Origin: Candidatus Latescibacterota bacterium
GTDB taxonomy: Bacteria > Latescibacterota > UBA2968 > UBA8231
Length of the DNA stretch: 64,000 nt
Assembly: GCA_965215195.1 (NCBI GenBank)
Contig: CBDCDC010000002.1
Span: 2,560,001-2,624,000, forward strand
Direction: 5' to 3'
A program made the translations under genes and the position numbers. This document shows positions 35,201-42,936 of this stretch, piece by piece; position 1 is the stretch's first letter; each line of letters begins with the position of its first letter. Below the pieces are notes generated by a model that was not told the origin of the DNA, ran no database searches, and was given only the letters and a program-made list of their open reading frames with translations.

Positions 35201-37715
35201 GAGCCGCGGTGTAGTCCACATCGCGCACGGCCAACGCGCCGGCACTGGGCGCACCAATCGTGAAGCTAACGGTCTCGTCTATGTCCGAGGCGGACGCCAA
35301 GGTCGCCGTCAGGGTGATGACTGTCATCTCCCCGTTTTCGCGAACTGATGAATGAGTCGAGGCCAGACTGGCGAATCCAACCGTTGGTACCGGTGCTGCA
35401 CCGATCTCAATGGTGAAGGGCATGGCTGCGCTGCTGGCACCCGCTGGGTCGCTGTCAATCACCGTATAGACGATGGAGGACGAGCCGGCCGTCGTCGGCG
35501 TACCCGAAATCGTCCGCGTGGCCGCGTCAAACGACAGACCCGCCGGCAACTTCGACACCGCGTACGTCAAGGCCCCGGTGCCGCCCTCAGCTTCCGGCAG
35601 TTCTTCAGGATCAATCGCCGTGCCAGCCGTGTACTCGAAGACGGTAGAAGACAGGTCAACGGCACCGAAACTAAGGGCACCCGGGTCCGGCACCTCAGCG
35701 TCCGGATCCGCATCTTTCAGCACCACCGACTCCGTGCTGACCTTGACGGCTTCGTCATCGGCATTTCTGACGGGACTTTCCAGCGCCGTCAGGCCAACCT
35801 TCTTATCCCCGCCGTTGATGGGGGTAATGGAGACCGTCGTCGAGCCTTTGACCTCCCCGGCCGGAATCGTCAGCGAACGCAGGATAGCCGTGTAGTCGGT
35901 ATCGCGCTGCGCCGCTTTATCATCATCATTCACTGCGCCATTGGCATCCGTATCCCGAGTAACGATCAAGTCCACCCTCACGTCCTCGTCGAATACTTGG
36001 CCGTCTAAGGTGCCGGTCACCGTAACGACATTGGCACCCGTACCTGCCTTGAGTTCACCGGGACTCACCGATAGCGTTATCTTTTCGGTCAGCGTCTCGT
36101 CATCGGTGATCGTGATGGTCTCAAAACCTACGGGAGTATCTTCAGCTCCGACTTGAGCTTCCACTCTGAACCTCTTCACACCCGTTGCCGAGTCGTTCGT
36201 GGGAGTGAGGGTGAGCGTCGTCGTCCCCTCGGTCGCACCGGCCAGAATGATGAGATCCTCCACGGCCACCGTGTAATCTACATCGCGAACCCCGGGGAGG
36301 TCGTCGGTATTGGATTCAATAGTGAACTTCACACTCGCGTTAGTAGTCGATGCGGCCTCCAAGACAACTTTCAACTCAATTTCCGTCCGCCCATCCTCCT
36401 CGCGTATCGTCTTAGGACTCGCTACCAGCCCCGCATCGCCTGCTTTAGTTCTAAGAAGAGGAGCGTTCTTTATCTTGAAGAAACCGAGGTTAGCGGTAAT
36501 CGCGAATTTCAAGTCTGCTTCCTTCAGACTAGCAGTGGAGTCGATTCGCATATTAAAGAGATGCTCAGCCGTCTCCACACCGTTTTTACCGTTTAGATCA
36601 ATACCAAGATCGTCTTCGCTAAGAAAGTCGTCGCAAGGAACTGTATCACCAGGACTACTAACTAGGTTGAATCTATGGCCGGCCGCATCGCAGCCTAGCG
36701 CTTCTTCCCTCAAGCTCCAACGAACTCTTCTCGTATCAACTTCATTCGGGTCGGTAGGAGGAACATTATTCCCCCCTGTCAGTACATTACCATCCGCATC
36801 AGTCGTATCCGCTCGGGTAAGCACAATGGAGTCGCCCGTATCGCCATCAAGGTTTAGGTCAATGCCTTTGAGGCTATCCAACTCCGTATGCAGCACGATA
36901 TAGGCATCTACATCTCTGGTCTCTTTGGGATCGATGGTAATCGTCGCCTTACCCGACGCATATTTACTGCGCAGATCTATGGTGGCCGGCGACGCCGAGT
37001 AATCCGAATCGCGCCTCAGTATCTCGTCCGTAGAAGAGATGTTAGAGGGAAGGTCTGCAACGTCAACGTCAGCGGGATTGTTAAAAAGCAAGAGCAACGA
37101 ATGGTCTATCCCTGAAAGACTTCCATTCAAGGTGGCGGTCACCGTGACATTGGTCAAACCCGCCTCATTGCTTAGATCGCCCGGAGAAAACGAAAGATCC
37201 AAATCAGTGCTTAGCTTGTCGTCGTCGAGCAGGGTAATCTTAATCGGCGCGTTGACGGCCGTAGCACCAGTACCAGCATCACCCTCAATGTTGATGATAA
37301 GATTGTCCTCAGCACCGTCATCCTTAATGTCCTCCCCTCGATCCGCATCATTGATGGGCGTAAAGACGATCGTCGCCGTCGCCTCTTTGCTACCCTTCGG
37401 AATTATGATAGTGGGTAGCGTTATGCGAAAGCGACGATTGAGTGCTCCCATTACCTCATCGGGGGAGGCACCCCCGTCCGTTATAGCTCCGAGAGACAAG
37501 GCCACAGCAGTATTCGCTCCCACTGCCGTATCATCGTCCACTTTGGCTTTCACCGTGATCTCGGTCTCACCAGCGTCCTCGCGCACCTTAGTGTCCCCCG
37601 GCGTTAGGTCAATACCCGCCGCCGCCTCACCGGCCCACCCCAACACCAAACCAGCCGCCAGCAACCAAGGCACGTAGGCCAAGCGCCGGATTAACAACTT
37701 CGTGTGTATCATCAC
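32226..37715 (-). CDS. large secreted/surface protein: Calx-beta-like repeats, putative Ig (He_PIG) repeats, FN3-like, EF-hand/dockerin-like pair, cohesin-like, FlgD-like CTD
   Basis: Signal peptide; repeated RD(V/T/S)DY modules; 3x LPAGL.FDAATRTISGT; GFDDFF...IDFDDFF; GYGLQVQYDADKLEF; NNYPNPFNP...KKMLLLK. Confidence 0.85.
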   Translation of the reverse strand: MMIHTKLLIRRLAYVPWLLAAGLVLGWAGEAAAGIDLTPGDTKVREDAGETEITVKAKVDDDTAVGANTAVALSLGAITDGGASPDEVMGALNRRFRITLPTIIIPKGSKEATATIVFTPINDADRGEDIKDDGAEDNLIINIEGDAGTGATAVNAPIKITLLDDDKLSTDLDLSFSPGDLSNEAGLTNVTVTATLNGSLSGIDHSLLLLFNNPADVDVADLPSNISSTDEILRRDSDYSASPATIDLRSKYASGKATITIDPKETRDVDAYIVLHTELDSLKGIDLNLDGDTGDSIVLTRADTTDADGNVLTGGNNVPPTDPNEVDTRRVRWSLREEALGCDAAGHRFNLVSSPGDTVPCDDFLSEDDLGIDLNGKNGVETAEHLFNMRIDSTASLKEADLKFAITANLGFFKIKNAPLLRTKAGDAGLVASPKTIREEDGRTEIELKVVLEAASTTNASVKFTIESNTDDLPGVRDVDYTVAVEDLIILAGATEGTTTLTLTPTNDSATGVKRFRVEAQVGAEDTPVGFETITITDDETLTEKITLSVSPGELKAGTGANVVTVTGTLDGQVFDEDVRVDLIVTRDTDANGAVNDDDKAAQRDTDYTAILRSLTIPAGEVKGSTTVSITPINGGDKKVGLTALESPVRNADDEAVKVSTESVVLKDADPDAEVPDPGALSFGAVDLSSTVFEYTAGTAIDPEELPEAEGGTGALTYAVSKLPAGLSFDAATRTISGTPTTAGSSSIVYTVIDSDPAGASSAAMPFTIEIGAAPVPTVGFASLASTHSSVRENGEMTVITLTATLASASDIDETVSFTIGAPSAGALAVRDVDYTAALGGVVTIAAGETQGTTTLILTPLDNAAVDGNKYLGVQVSASGGSAQTDIKIADDETPSTTISLSVSPHTISEAAGLTEVTITATLDGKVLDEAATVSVSIDGGSVATRDVDYSALFNPLLRIEAGSTSGSIALLIDPTADGEDEGNETITLNGAIAGLIGGSADITLSDAEVVAPEPEPTPLAFADGASVADVMSTAGTAIDPIELPAVLDGTGEGDVTYSVSELPAGLAFDAATRTISGTLAEVSEKTVVEVTYTATDGADATASLTFSITVNPMLDFGDLGALFGAFNGGAGKANPASEHDDRVIPFVFGQAVDLVLPEVSGGTPPLTYSVSGLPAGLSFDAATRTISGTPTELIVAAVVTYTVTDGSGASNSLPFVVAVIEPPLDAPDALVAEDYKGADGAGDQGGFVLLTWDLSEHHDGIDGYRIFRELPVLNNEMVPWAMVDAVPGVQIGRAIVATLDNVATNWGIAAERGNQTTHGAAKAAFVRAADVNQPYELMAETLLASREAAQAGDAPVFASLLPEVLAFAQGVAPKLNSVEGVLESSAITMTEEPVRAIDNIAPEAVPSLRVLDAPNDEGSRIVLTWTLSPSDRLLQGVVAEAIGPAATEPVVGVRGYGIYRRAAGEDEFVLVAQVDAGVASFVDATALNGVRYTYQVRPYDADNETGSELEQTALAVRNRVVDSEGRALFGLFGADNRVGFDDFFILADFFGLTAEDVGFDPAFDLAPSAAIDFDDFFVFADHFGRSTAAAGKRVPLFAGLNAEARLYVDARTALPSVGEDFVLDVRMADFVAVKGYGLQVQYDADKLEFVEALTDQPLGGSALAAPQVLSDEAGVLALVAHGAVVSDGEVGLRLVFRPTTEIESTVIEITDSQTYDSVGFNRLVLPAPVALQTRPAVFALANNYPNPFNPATTIRYALPQAADVELTVYNVVGQAVRTLVAEHQSAGRYVVEWDATNESGHSLSSGLYFYHLQAGGEFREVKKMLLLK
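34146..35533. repeat. three near-identical 35-bp direct repeats (34146-34180, 34479-34513, 35499-35533) encoding the putative Ig motif
   Basis: CGTACCCGA(A/G)ATCGTCCGCGTGGCCGCGTCAAACG. Confidence 0.9.
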
Positions 37716-37865
37716 TCAACCTCCCCAGGGAAAGCATCCCTGATTGTGAAATTAAAAGATGGATTTGCTTCAAACCCAATCAGGCTTTGCGTTTTTGCGT
37801 TTTTCATTAGGTGCCCTTTCGCGGCTTTTCTGCCCATAAGGCATTTTCTCATCCAACAGAATTAG

Positions 37866-38021
37866 TTAATTATACCGACAAAAAACAGAAGTGTCAAGCG
37901 CAAATTCCCCTTTGAAAGCCTTAGCTAAAAGCCGACGCTCAATGGACTCTAACCGCTTGGATAGCTCGGCCACAAGACCAGCCAGCGCATCGGGATTCAG
38001 TTCGGGAGGCGGATGCTGCAT
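37866..38021 (-). pseudogene. possible remnant of a type I R-M specificity subunit C-terminus
   Basis: DALAGLVAELSKRLESIERRLLAKAFKGEF resembles the HsdS terminal helix (..SILAKAFRGEL). Confidence 0.35.
37869..37897 (-). promoter_or_regulatory. perfect-consensus sigma70 promoter for the 1829-aa gene
   Basis: TTGACA (37897-37892), 17-bp spacer, TATAAT (37874-37869). Confidence 0.85.
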
Positions 38022-38040
38022 TGAAAAGTTCTTCTGCCGT

Positions 38041-38415
38041 TCACCCCTGTGGATCGTACGATTCGGCATCCTCGGCCACGCGGTCGCCGGTGCCGGCGCA
38101 CCCAGCCCGCTCAAAAAGCCCGTCCCGAATCGTCTCCAGCACCCCATTCATCCGCGCCTGCTCCTGCTCCAACCGCCCCAGCCGCTCTGGAAGCGTCTCC
38201 AGCACCCCAGCCGTATGCGCCTGCGCTTGCTCCAAACGACTCAGCCGGTCTGAAAGCGAAGCCGTACTCGCGTCCTGACGCGCCGAAAGCGAACTCAAAT
38301 TCGCGTCTATCCGCGCCTGTCCTTCCTCCAGACGACCCAGCCGTTCCGCAATACTCACCTGCTCTAGACTATCTAGCCGATCCGAGTGCGGATCGCATCC
38401 AATTTCACTTGTCAA
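38041..38415 (-). CDS. small coiled-coil repeat protein
   Basis: Repeats ERLGRLEEGQAR / DRLSRLEQAQAH / ERLGRLEQEQAR. Start uncertain (TTG 38415 or GTG 38358). Confidence 0.6.
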   Translation of the reverse strand: MTSEIGCDPHSDRLDSLEQVSIAERLGRLEEGQARIDANLSSLSARQDASTASLSDRLSRLEQAQAHTAGVLETLPERLGRLEQEQARMNGVLETIRDGLFERAGCAGTGDRVAEDAESYDPQG

Positions 38416-40850
38416 ACATCCCGCCGCCCCCGCCGCAACGCCCCCACAACCACTCCCACAACCACCACCAACCCCACCAAAACCGCCCCCTGTGACCAAG
38501 CCAACACCCGCGAAAAATAGCGCAACTCCACCTCGTGTTCCCCGGCCGGCAACGCCACCCCCTTCCATACGTAGTTCACCCGCAGCATCTCCGCCTCCTG
38601 CCCATCCACCCACACCGACCAATTCGATTGGTAATTTTCCGACACCACCAACAAGCGCGGCCCGGTGCTGCGCGTCCGCAGGCTAATTAGCCCGGCCGCC
38701 GGATCGTACGCCAGCCGCTCAACCCGGTCGCCCGCCTGGTCCCCCGTGCCATCGAGCCGCACCGCCGGCACACGCTCCAGCAAGGCCACGCGCTGCGGGT
38801 CCGCCCGGCCGCTCACCAGCCGCGCCAACACTGCCTCGCCGCTATCCAACACCTCGGCTTCCGGCACCAAGTAAAACCACGGCAATGCCTGCTGATTTTC
38901 ATACAGGCGAAAGCGCACCCCCTCAAAGCGCAGCGGATACGCCGCCCAATTCATATCCAAGGGCTTGGGCACGGCCAGATACTTGCCGTTGAGCAAATTC
39001 AACAAGGATTGAAACCCAGCGGACGGCGCACCTGCCCGCAGAAACTGCTGCACCAGCGGCTCAAACTCCTTCAGCATCCGGTCGTAGCGGCCCACCGTCA
39101 AATCGTGAAAGCCCGTGATGGACCAAACGCCGTGCAAGTGATAGCCCGGCTCCTCCAGCACCCGGAAGCTGGGCAAGGGCAAGACGCGGAAGAGCGTTTC
39201 GTCGCTTTGCAAAAACTGCACCGCACGGGGATTCTCCCGGCGAATGTCGGTATAGTGGCCCGGGTCCCGATAGTGCAAATAGACCCGATCGACGCGCCAT
39301 GTGTCAAACAGCGTCACCGCGCACAAGCCAGCCACCAACACAGTCGCCGAAAGCTGGCCCCACAGCCGCAGATAGAGCAACGCCACGCCTGCACCAACCG
39401 CCAGCGCCACGCACCAACCGCCGTGCGCGATCCAATCGTAGCTAGCCGCCAACACGGCCCGCTTTTGCGGCGCAATATCCTCATACAACGCGGAAATCCA
39501 AGCATCGGTCACACCCTTGGGAAAGAGCGCGACCACCAAGGCGAGCGCGGCGAGGATGCCGCCGACATAGGCCAAGCGGCCCCGCAGCAAGGTGCGCTCG
39601 TCCGCGTCGGCGTCCAATAGCCGCTGCAAGCCCAACCCCGCCAGCGCACACCCGGCAAACGCGAACACAAACGAACCCATCCCAATGGCGCGCTGCACAT
39701 CGGCCCCGGGCAGCAGGTGAAACGCCAGATAGTGGACGGGCGTGTGCTCGCCCAAGACATAGGCCAACGCCAGTACAAACACGCCGGCCAGCAGCGCCAC
39801 TTGGGGTCGCCGCCGACACTCCGGCACCATCAACAGAGCCAAGAGCACGGTCAACGCGCCAAAGTACTCGGAGTTGATCTTAAACGCGTTGCGGCCCCAA
39901 TAGCGGGAGCCACCTTCTACCAGCACGTCGTCGTACCCGCCAAACTCCGGGACCACCAGCGAAGCCACTTCCTCGGGATGCAGCGACCAGCTCCGCGCAT
40001 ACGCGAGTTGTTCCTCCGCGGTCTTGCCCCCCACCTCGTCGCCCGTGGCCCGCTTGGACTCGGAGCGGGTGTAGAGCATCACCGGAAAGGCCCCCTCGGC
40101 CCCCAAGGCCAACCCCAGCACGACTGCGGCGACAAAATGCACTAAGCGCCGGACCAAAGCCCCCTCGCGGCGCATTTGGTACAACTTAAATAGGAAATAG
40201 ACCCCGAGGCCCAGCAGCGCGAAGTACGTCATCGGCGGATGGGAGTAGATACACGCGCCGATTAGCACACCGACAGCCGCCCAATAGATCAGCCGACCCT
40301 GCGCCAAGGCCCGTTCCAACGCCCAGATGATCCACGGGAAGAGGGCGATGACGCCCATCTTGGCATAGTGGCCAGCCAAGGGGAACGCCAAGAAGGTCGG
40401 CGCGGACATGAAAGCCACGCCGCCCCACAGCGCGGCGCGGCCGCCTACGTGGATTTGGCGCAAGTACGCGTACATGCCCAAGCCAGCGACAAACATCGTC
40501 AGGATGTAGCGCCAGCCGATGTAGCGCTGAAAGGTTGTAAAAAAATACAGGACGTACGCTGGGAAGTACTGGGGACGAATGCCCTCGGACTGGGGGAAGC
40601 CGCCCATCTTGGGGTCCCACAGGGGCTGCGCCACGGTCTGCACCTTGTCCCAGAAGCTCAGGGCCGCGCCCTTGTGGTAGTCCGCGCCTACGTCCAAGCC
40701 ATAGACGATCTTGTCCGAGAGGGGGAACTCGTAGAAGTACAGCAGGCTCAGGGCGAGGAAGAAGATCGGCGGAAACAGGCGATGATTCCACAGGGGAGGG
40801 GCGGTCTTTGCTGGGGCTTGGGTTTTGGCGCGTTTGTTCTTCTTGACCAT
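38412..40850 (-). CDS. YfhO family (GT-C-like) membrane protein
   Basis: Multi-TM; PLWDP..GGFP; C-terminal LLVVSENY..NWSVWVDG..RVNY..KGVALPAGEHEVELRY. Start ATG 40850. Confidence 0.85.
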   Translation of the reverse strand: MVKKNKRAKTQAPAKTAPPLWNHRLFPPIFFLALSLLYFYEFPLSDKIVYGLDVGADYHKGAALSFWDKVQTVAQPLWDPKMGGFPQSEGIRPQYFPAYVLYFFTTFQRYIGWRYILTMFVAGLGMYAYLRQIHVGGRAALWGGVAFMSAPTFLAFPLAGHYAKMGVIALFPWIIWALERALAQGRLIYWAAVGVLIGACIYSHPPMTYFALLGLGVYFLFKLYQMRREGALVRRLVHFVAAVVLGLALGAEGAFPVMLYTRSESKRATGDEVGGKTAEEQLAYARSWSLHPEEVASLVVPEFGGYDDVLVEGGSRYWGRNAFKINSEYFGALTVLLALLMVPECRRRPQVALLAGVFVLALAYVLGEHTPVHYLAFHLLPGADVQRAIGMGSFVFAFAGCALAGLGLQRLLDADADERTLLRGRLAYVGGILAALALVVALFPKGVTDAWISALYEDIAPQKRAVLAASYDWIAHGGWCVALAVGAGVALLYLRLWGQLSATVLVAGLCAVTLFDTWRVDRVYLHYRDPGHYTDIRRENPRAVQFLQSDETLFRVLPLPSFRVLEEPGYHLHGVWSITGFHDLTVGRYDRMLKEFEPLVQQFLRAGAPSAGFQSLLNLLNGKYLAVPKPLDMNWAAYPLRFEGVRFRLYENQQALPWFYLVPEAEVLDSGEAVLARLVSGRADPQRVALLERVPAVRLDGTGDQAGDRVERLAYDPAAGLISLRTRSTGPRLLVVSENYQSNWSVWVDGQEAEMLRVNYVWKGVALPAGEHEVELRYFSRVLAWSQGAVLVGLVVVVGVVVGALRRGRRDV

Positions 40851-40930
40851 GAAATATCTCCGTGGGGCACCTGCAAGGGCGGTGCCTATACGTTTGCACC
40901 TGCAAGGCAACCTTTATGGTGATCTAACCC

Positions 40931-41178
40931 CTGATGTGCAGTACTATTGTCATTCCGACGAAAGCCGGAATCCAGTCTAATTATTCAATTGTCATACCTG
41001 CTTTCGCAGGCATCCAGATTACCCCGCGGCAGCTCGCCGACTCAACTGAACGCACCGAAGTCCGCATCGTGTGCAAGACTGGATGTCACGCCTAAAGGCG
41101 CGGTGAAGCCCGCGTACGCGGGTAATGACAATAGGGAACGGTAGGAAGCCGCAGACGATAACCACTGCGTAACATCAG
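40931..41178. repeat. nested palindromic REP/MITE-like element containing three GTCATW-hairpin-ATCCAG units
   Basis: Units at 40949-40975 (+), 40991-41017 (+) and 41079-41129 (-). Perfect IRs CTATTGTCATT/AATGACAATAG and ATCCAGTCT/AGACTGGAT. Outer imperfect IR CTGATGT-GCAGT/ACTGC-GTA-ACATCAG. Confidence 0.8.
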
Positions 41179-41203
41179 TATAAGTGTTGCCCCTACCGGC
41201 GTC

Positions 41204-42322
41204 CTAATCCCGTTTTATTTCTTTAACAGTACGCAAATACACGTTTTCCAAGTCCTCCGCCAACCGATCCCAATCAAACCGCCCTGCCCACGCACGGCCC
41301 GCTGCCCCCAAAGACCGCCGCCTTGGGTCGTCAGCGACCAGCGCCCGCATCCCGGCCGCCAAGGCCCCCACATCGCTGGGGGATACCAACACCCCGGTCT
41401 CGTCGTGGCGCATGGCGTCGCGCAGACCGTCGATGTTGGTGCCCAACACGGCTTTGCCGGCGGCCGCAGCCTCTACGGCCACCATACACCAGCCCTCGTA
41501 GCGGGACGGGATGCAGACCATGAGGGCGCGGCGCAAGAGCTCGCCTTTTTGCTCCTCTTCCACGCTCCCTATGATCTCCACGCGGTCCTCCAATCCCGTC
41601 CGCCGCGCCAAATCGCGCACGCTAGCGAGCTGCTCAGGGGTGCCGCGCCCGGCCAGCTTGAGGCGGATATCCGGGTGCTCGGGTGCAATCTCGGCAAACG
41701 CGGCGATCAACAGGTCAATCCCCTTAGTGTGTATATCCATGCGACCAAAGTAGAGCAGGTACGGGGCTTCCTCGGGCGCAAGCGCGAAAAAGCGGCGCTC
41801 GACGCCGCTGTACACGAGCTCGACAGCCGCGCCGCGTGCGCGCCGCTGGATGCGCGCTTGCACGCTAGGGGCAATCGTCAAGATCCGGCGATATGCGCGC
41901 AGAGCGCGCTGCTCGCACAGCCACGCCACACCGCCCACGAGCGGATGCTTGACGAGGGCGTGCGGCCCCATGAAGTGATAAAACAGAAGCAGGCCCTGCC
42001 GCCGCAGCGAGGCCGGGACGCGCAAGGGGGCGAAGGCCGAAAACTCGTTGATCCACAAATCCCACTCTAGCCGCTGCAACTGGGCTACGGCCTCGCGGCA
42101 ATAGCCCAAACGGCTCAGGGCATAGCTGCGGGCCGAGCCAACGCGCAGCAGGCGCAGGCCGTACCGCTCGGTTTCGCGCTCGGCCCCGGGGAAAAGGCCG
42201 CTGACGACGGTGATCTCGTGGCGGCTGGACAGGCGGCGATAGAGCTCCATCGCCCGCACTGCACCGCCGCCGCCCAGCCACGGGTTGGCCATGTCGTCGT
42301 ACATCAGATGGCAGATCTTCAT
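41204..42322 (-). CDS. glycosyltransferase family 4
   Basis: GGG, YFGR..KG and PSRYEGW..VAVEAAAAG (EX7E). Confidence 0.92.
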   Translation of the reverse strand: MKICHLMYDDMANPWLGGGGAVRAMELYRRLSSRHEITVVSGLFPGAERETERYGLRLLRVGSARSYALSRLGYCREAVAQLQRLEWDLWINEFSAFAPLRVPASLRRQGLLLFYHFMGPHALVKHPLVGGVAWLCEQRALRAYRRILTIAPSVQARIQRRARGAAVELVYSGVERRFFALAPEEAPYLLYFGRMDIHTKGIDLLIAAFAEIAPEHPDIRLKLAGRGTPEQLASVRDLARRTGLEDRVEIIGSVEEEQKGELLRRALMVCIPSRYEGWCMVAVEAAAAGKAVLGTNIDGLRDAMRHDETGVLVSPSDVGALAAGMRALVADDPRRRSLGAAGRAWAGRFDWDRLAEDLENVYLRTVKEIKRD

Positions 42323-42339
42323 GGGCAGGTGCCCGCGTC

Positions 42340-42936
42340 TCAGAGCACGCCCTTGGTCGAAGGGATGCCCTCGACCCGTTCATTCCGCTGCGCGGCCATG
42401 AGCAGGGCGCGGGCGAACGCCTTGAAGAGGGCCTCAATGCCGTGGTGGGCATTGAGGCCGCGCACGAGGTCAAGGTGGAGATTCATCCGGCCTTGGTCGG
42501 CCACTGCGTAGAAAAACTCGCGCACTAAGGACACATTTAGCGCACCGACCCGCTCCTCGTTGAAGGCGGCGGCAAAGACCAGATAGGCCCGGCCCGACAA
42601 ATCCACCACCGCCCGCGCCAGCGCTTCGTCCATGGGCACGTAGCTGTGGCCGTAGCGCTGGATGCCGGCCTTGTCGCCCAAGGCTTGGACGATGGCCCGG
42701 CCAAGGCAGATGCCCACGTCTTCCACGGTGTGGTGGGCATCCACGTGCAGGTCGCCGCGGCATTGGACCTCTAGGTCGCACAGGCCGTGCCGGGCAAAGG
42801 CGTGGAGCATGTGGTCGAAGAAGCCGAGGCCGGTGTCGGCGCGGCACTGGCCGCTGCCGTCGAGGCACAGCCGCAACTCGATCTCGGTCTCGGTCGTCTG
42901 GCGCGCAATCTGCGCTGTGCGGCACTCCGCGCTCAC
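42340..42936 (-). CDS. hisB: imidazoleglycerol-phosphate dehydratase
   Basis: FFDHML, DAHHTVED, NAHH..EALFK and PSTKG. Confidence 0.96.
   Translation of the reverse strand: MSAECRTAQIARQTTETEIELRLCLDGSGQCRADTGLGFFDHMLHAFARHGLCDLEVQCRGDLHVDAHHTVEDVGICLGRAIVQALGDKAGIQRYGHSYVPMDEALARAVVDLSGRAYLVFAAAFNEERVGALNVSLVREFFYAVADQGRMNLHLDLVRGLNAHHGIEALFKAFARALLMAAQRNERVEGIPSTKGVL

Noticed and set aside
40947-41144. 65-aa ORF MSFRRKPESS...
   Set aside because: It is a translation of the palindromic repeat element, with no RBS or coding signal.
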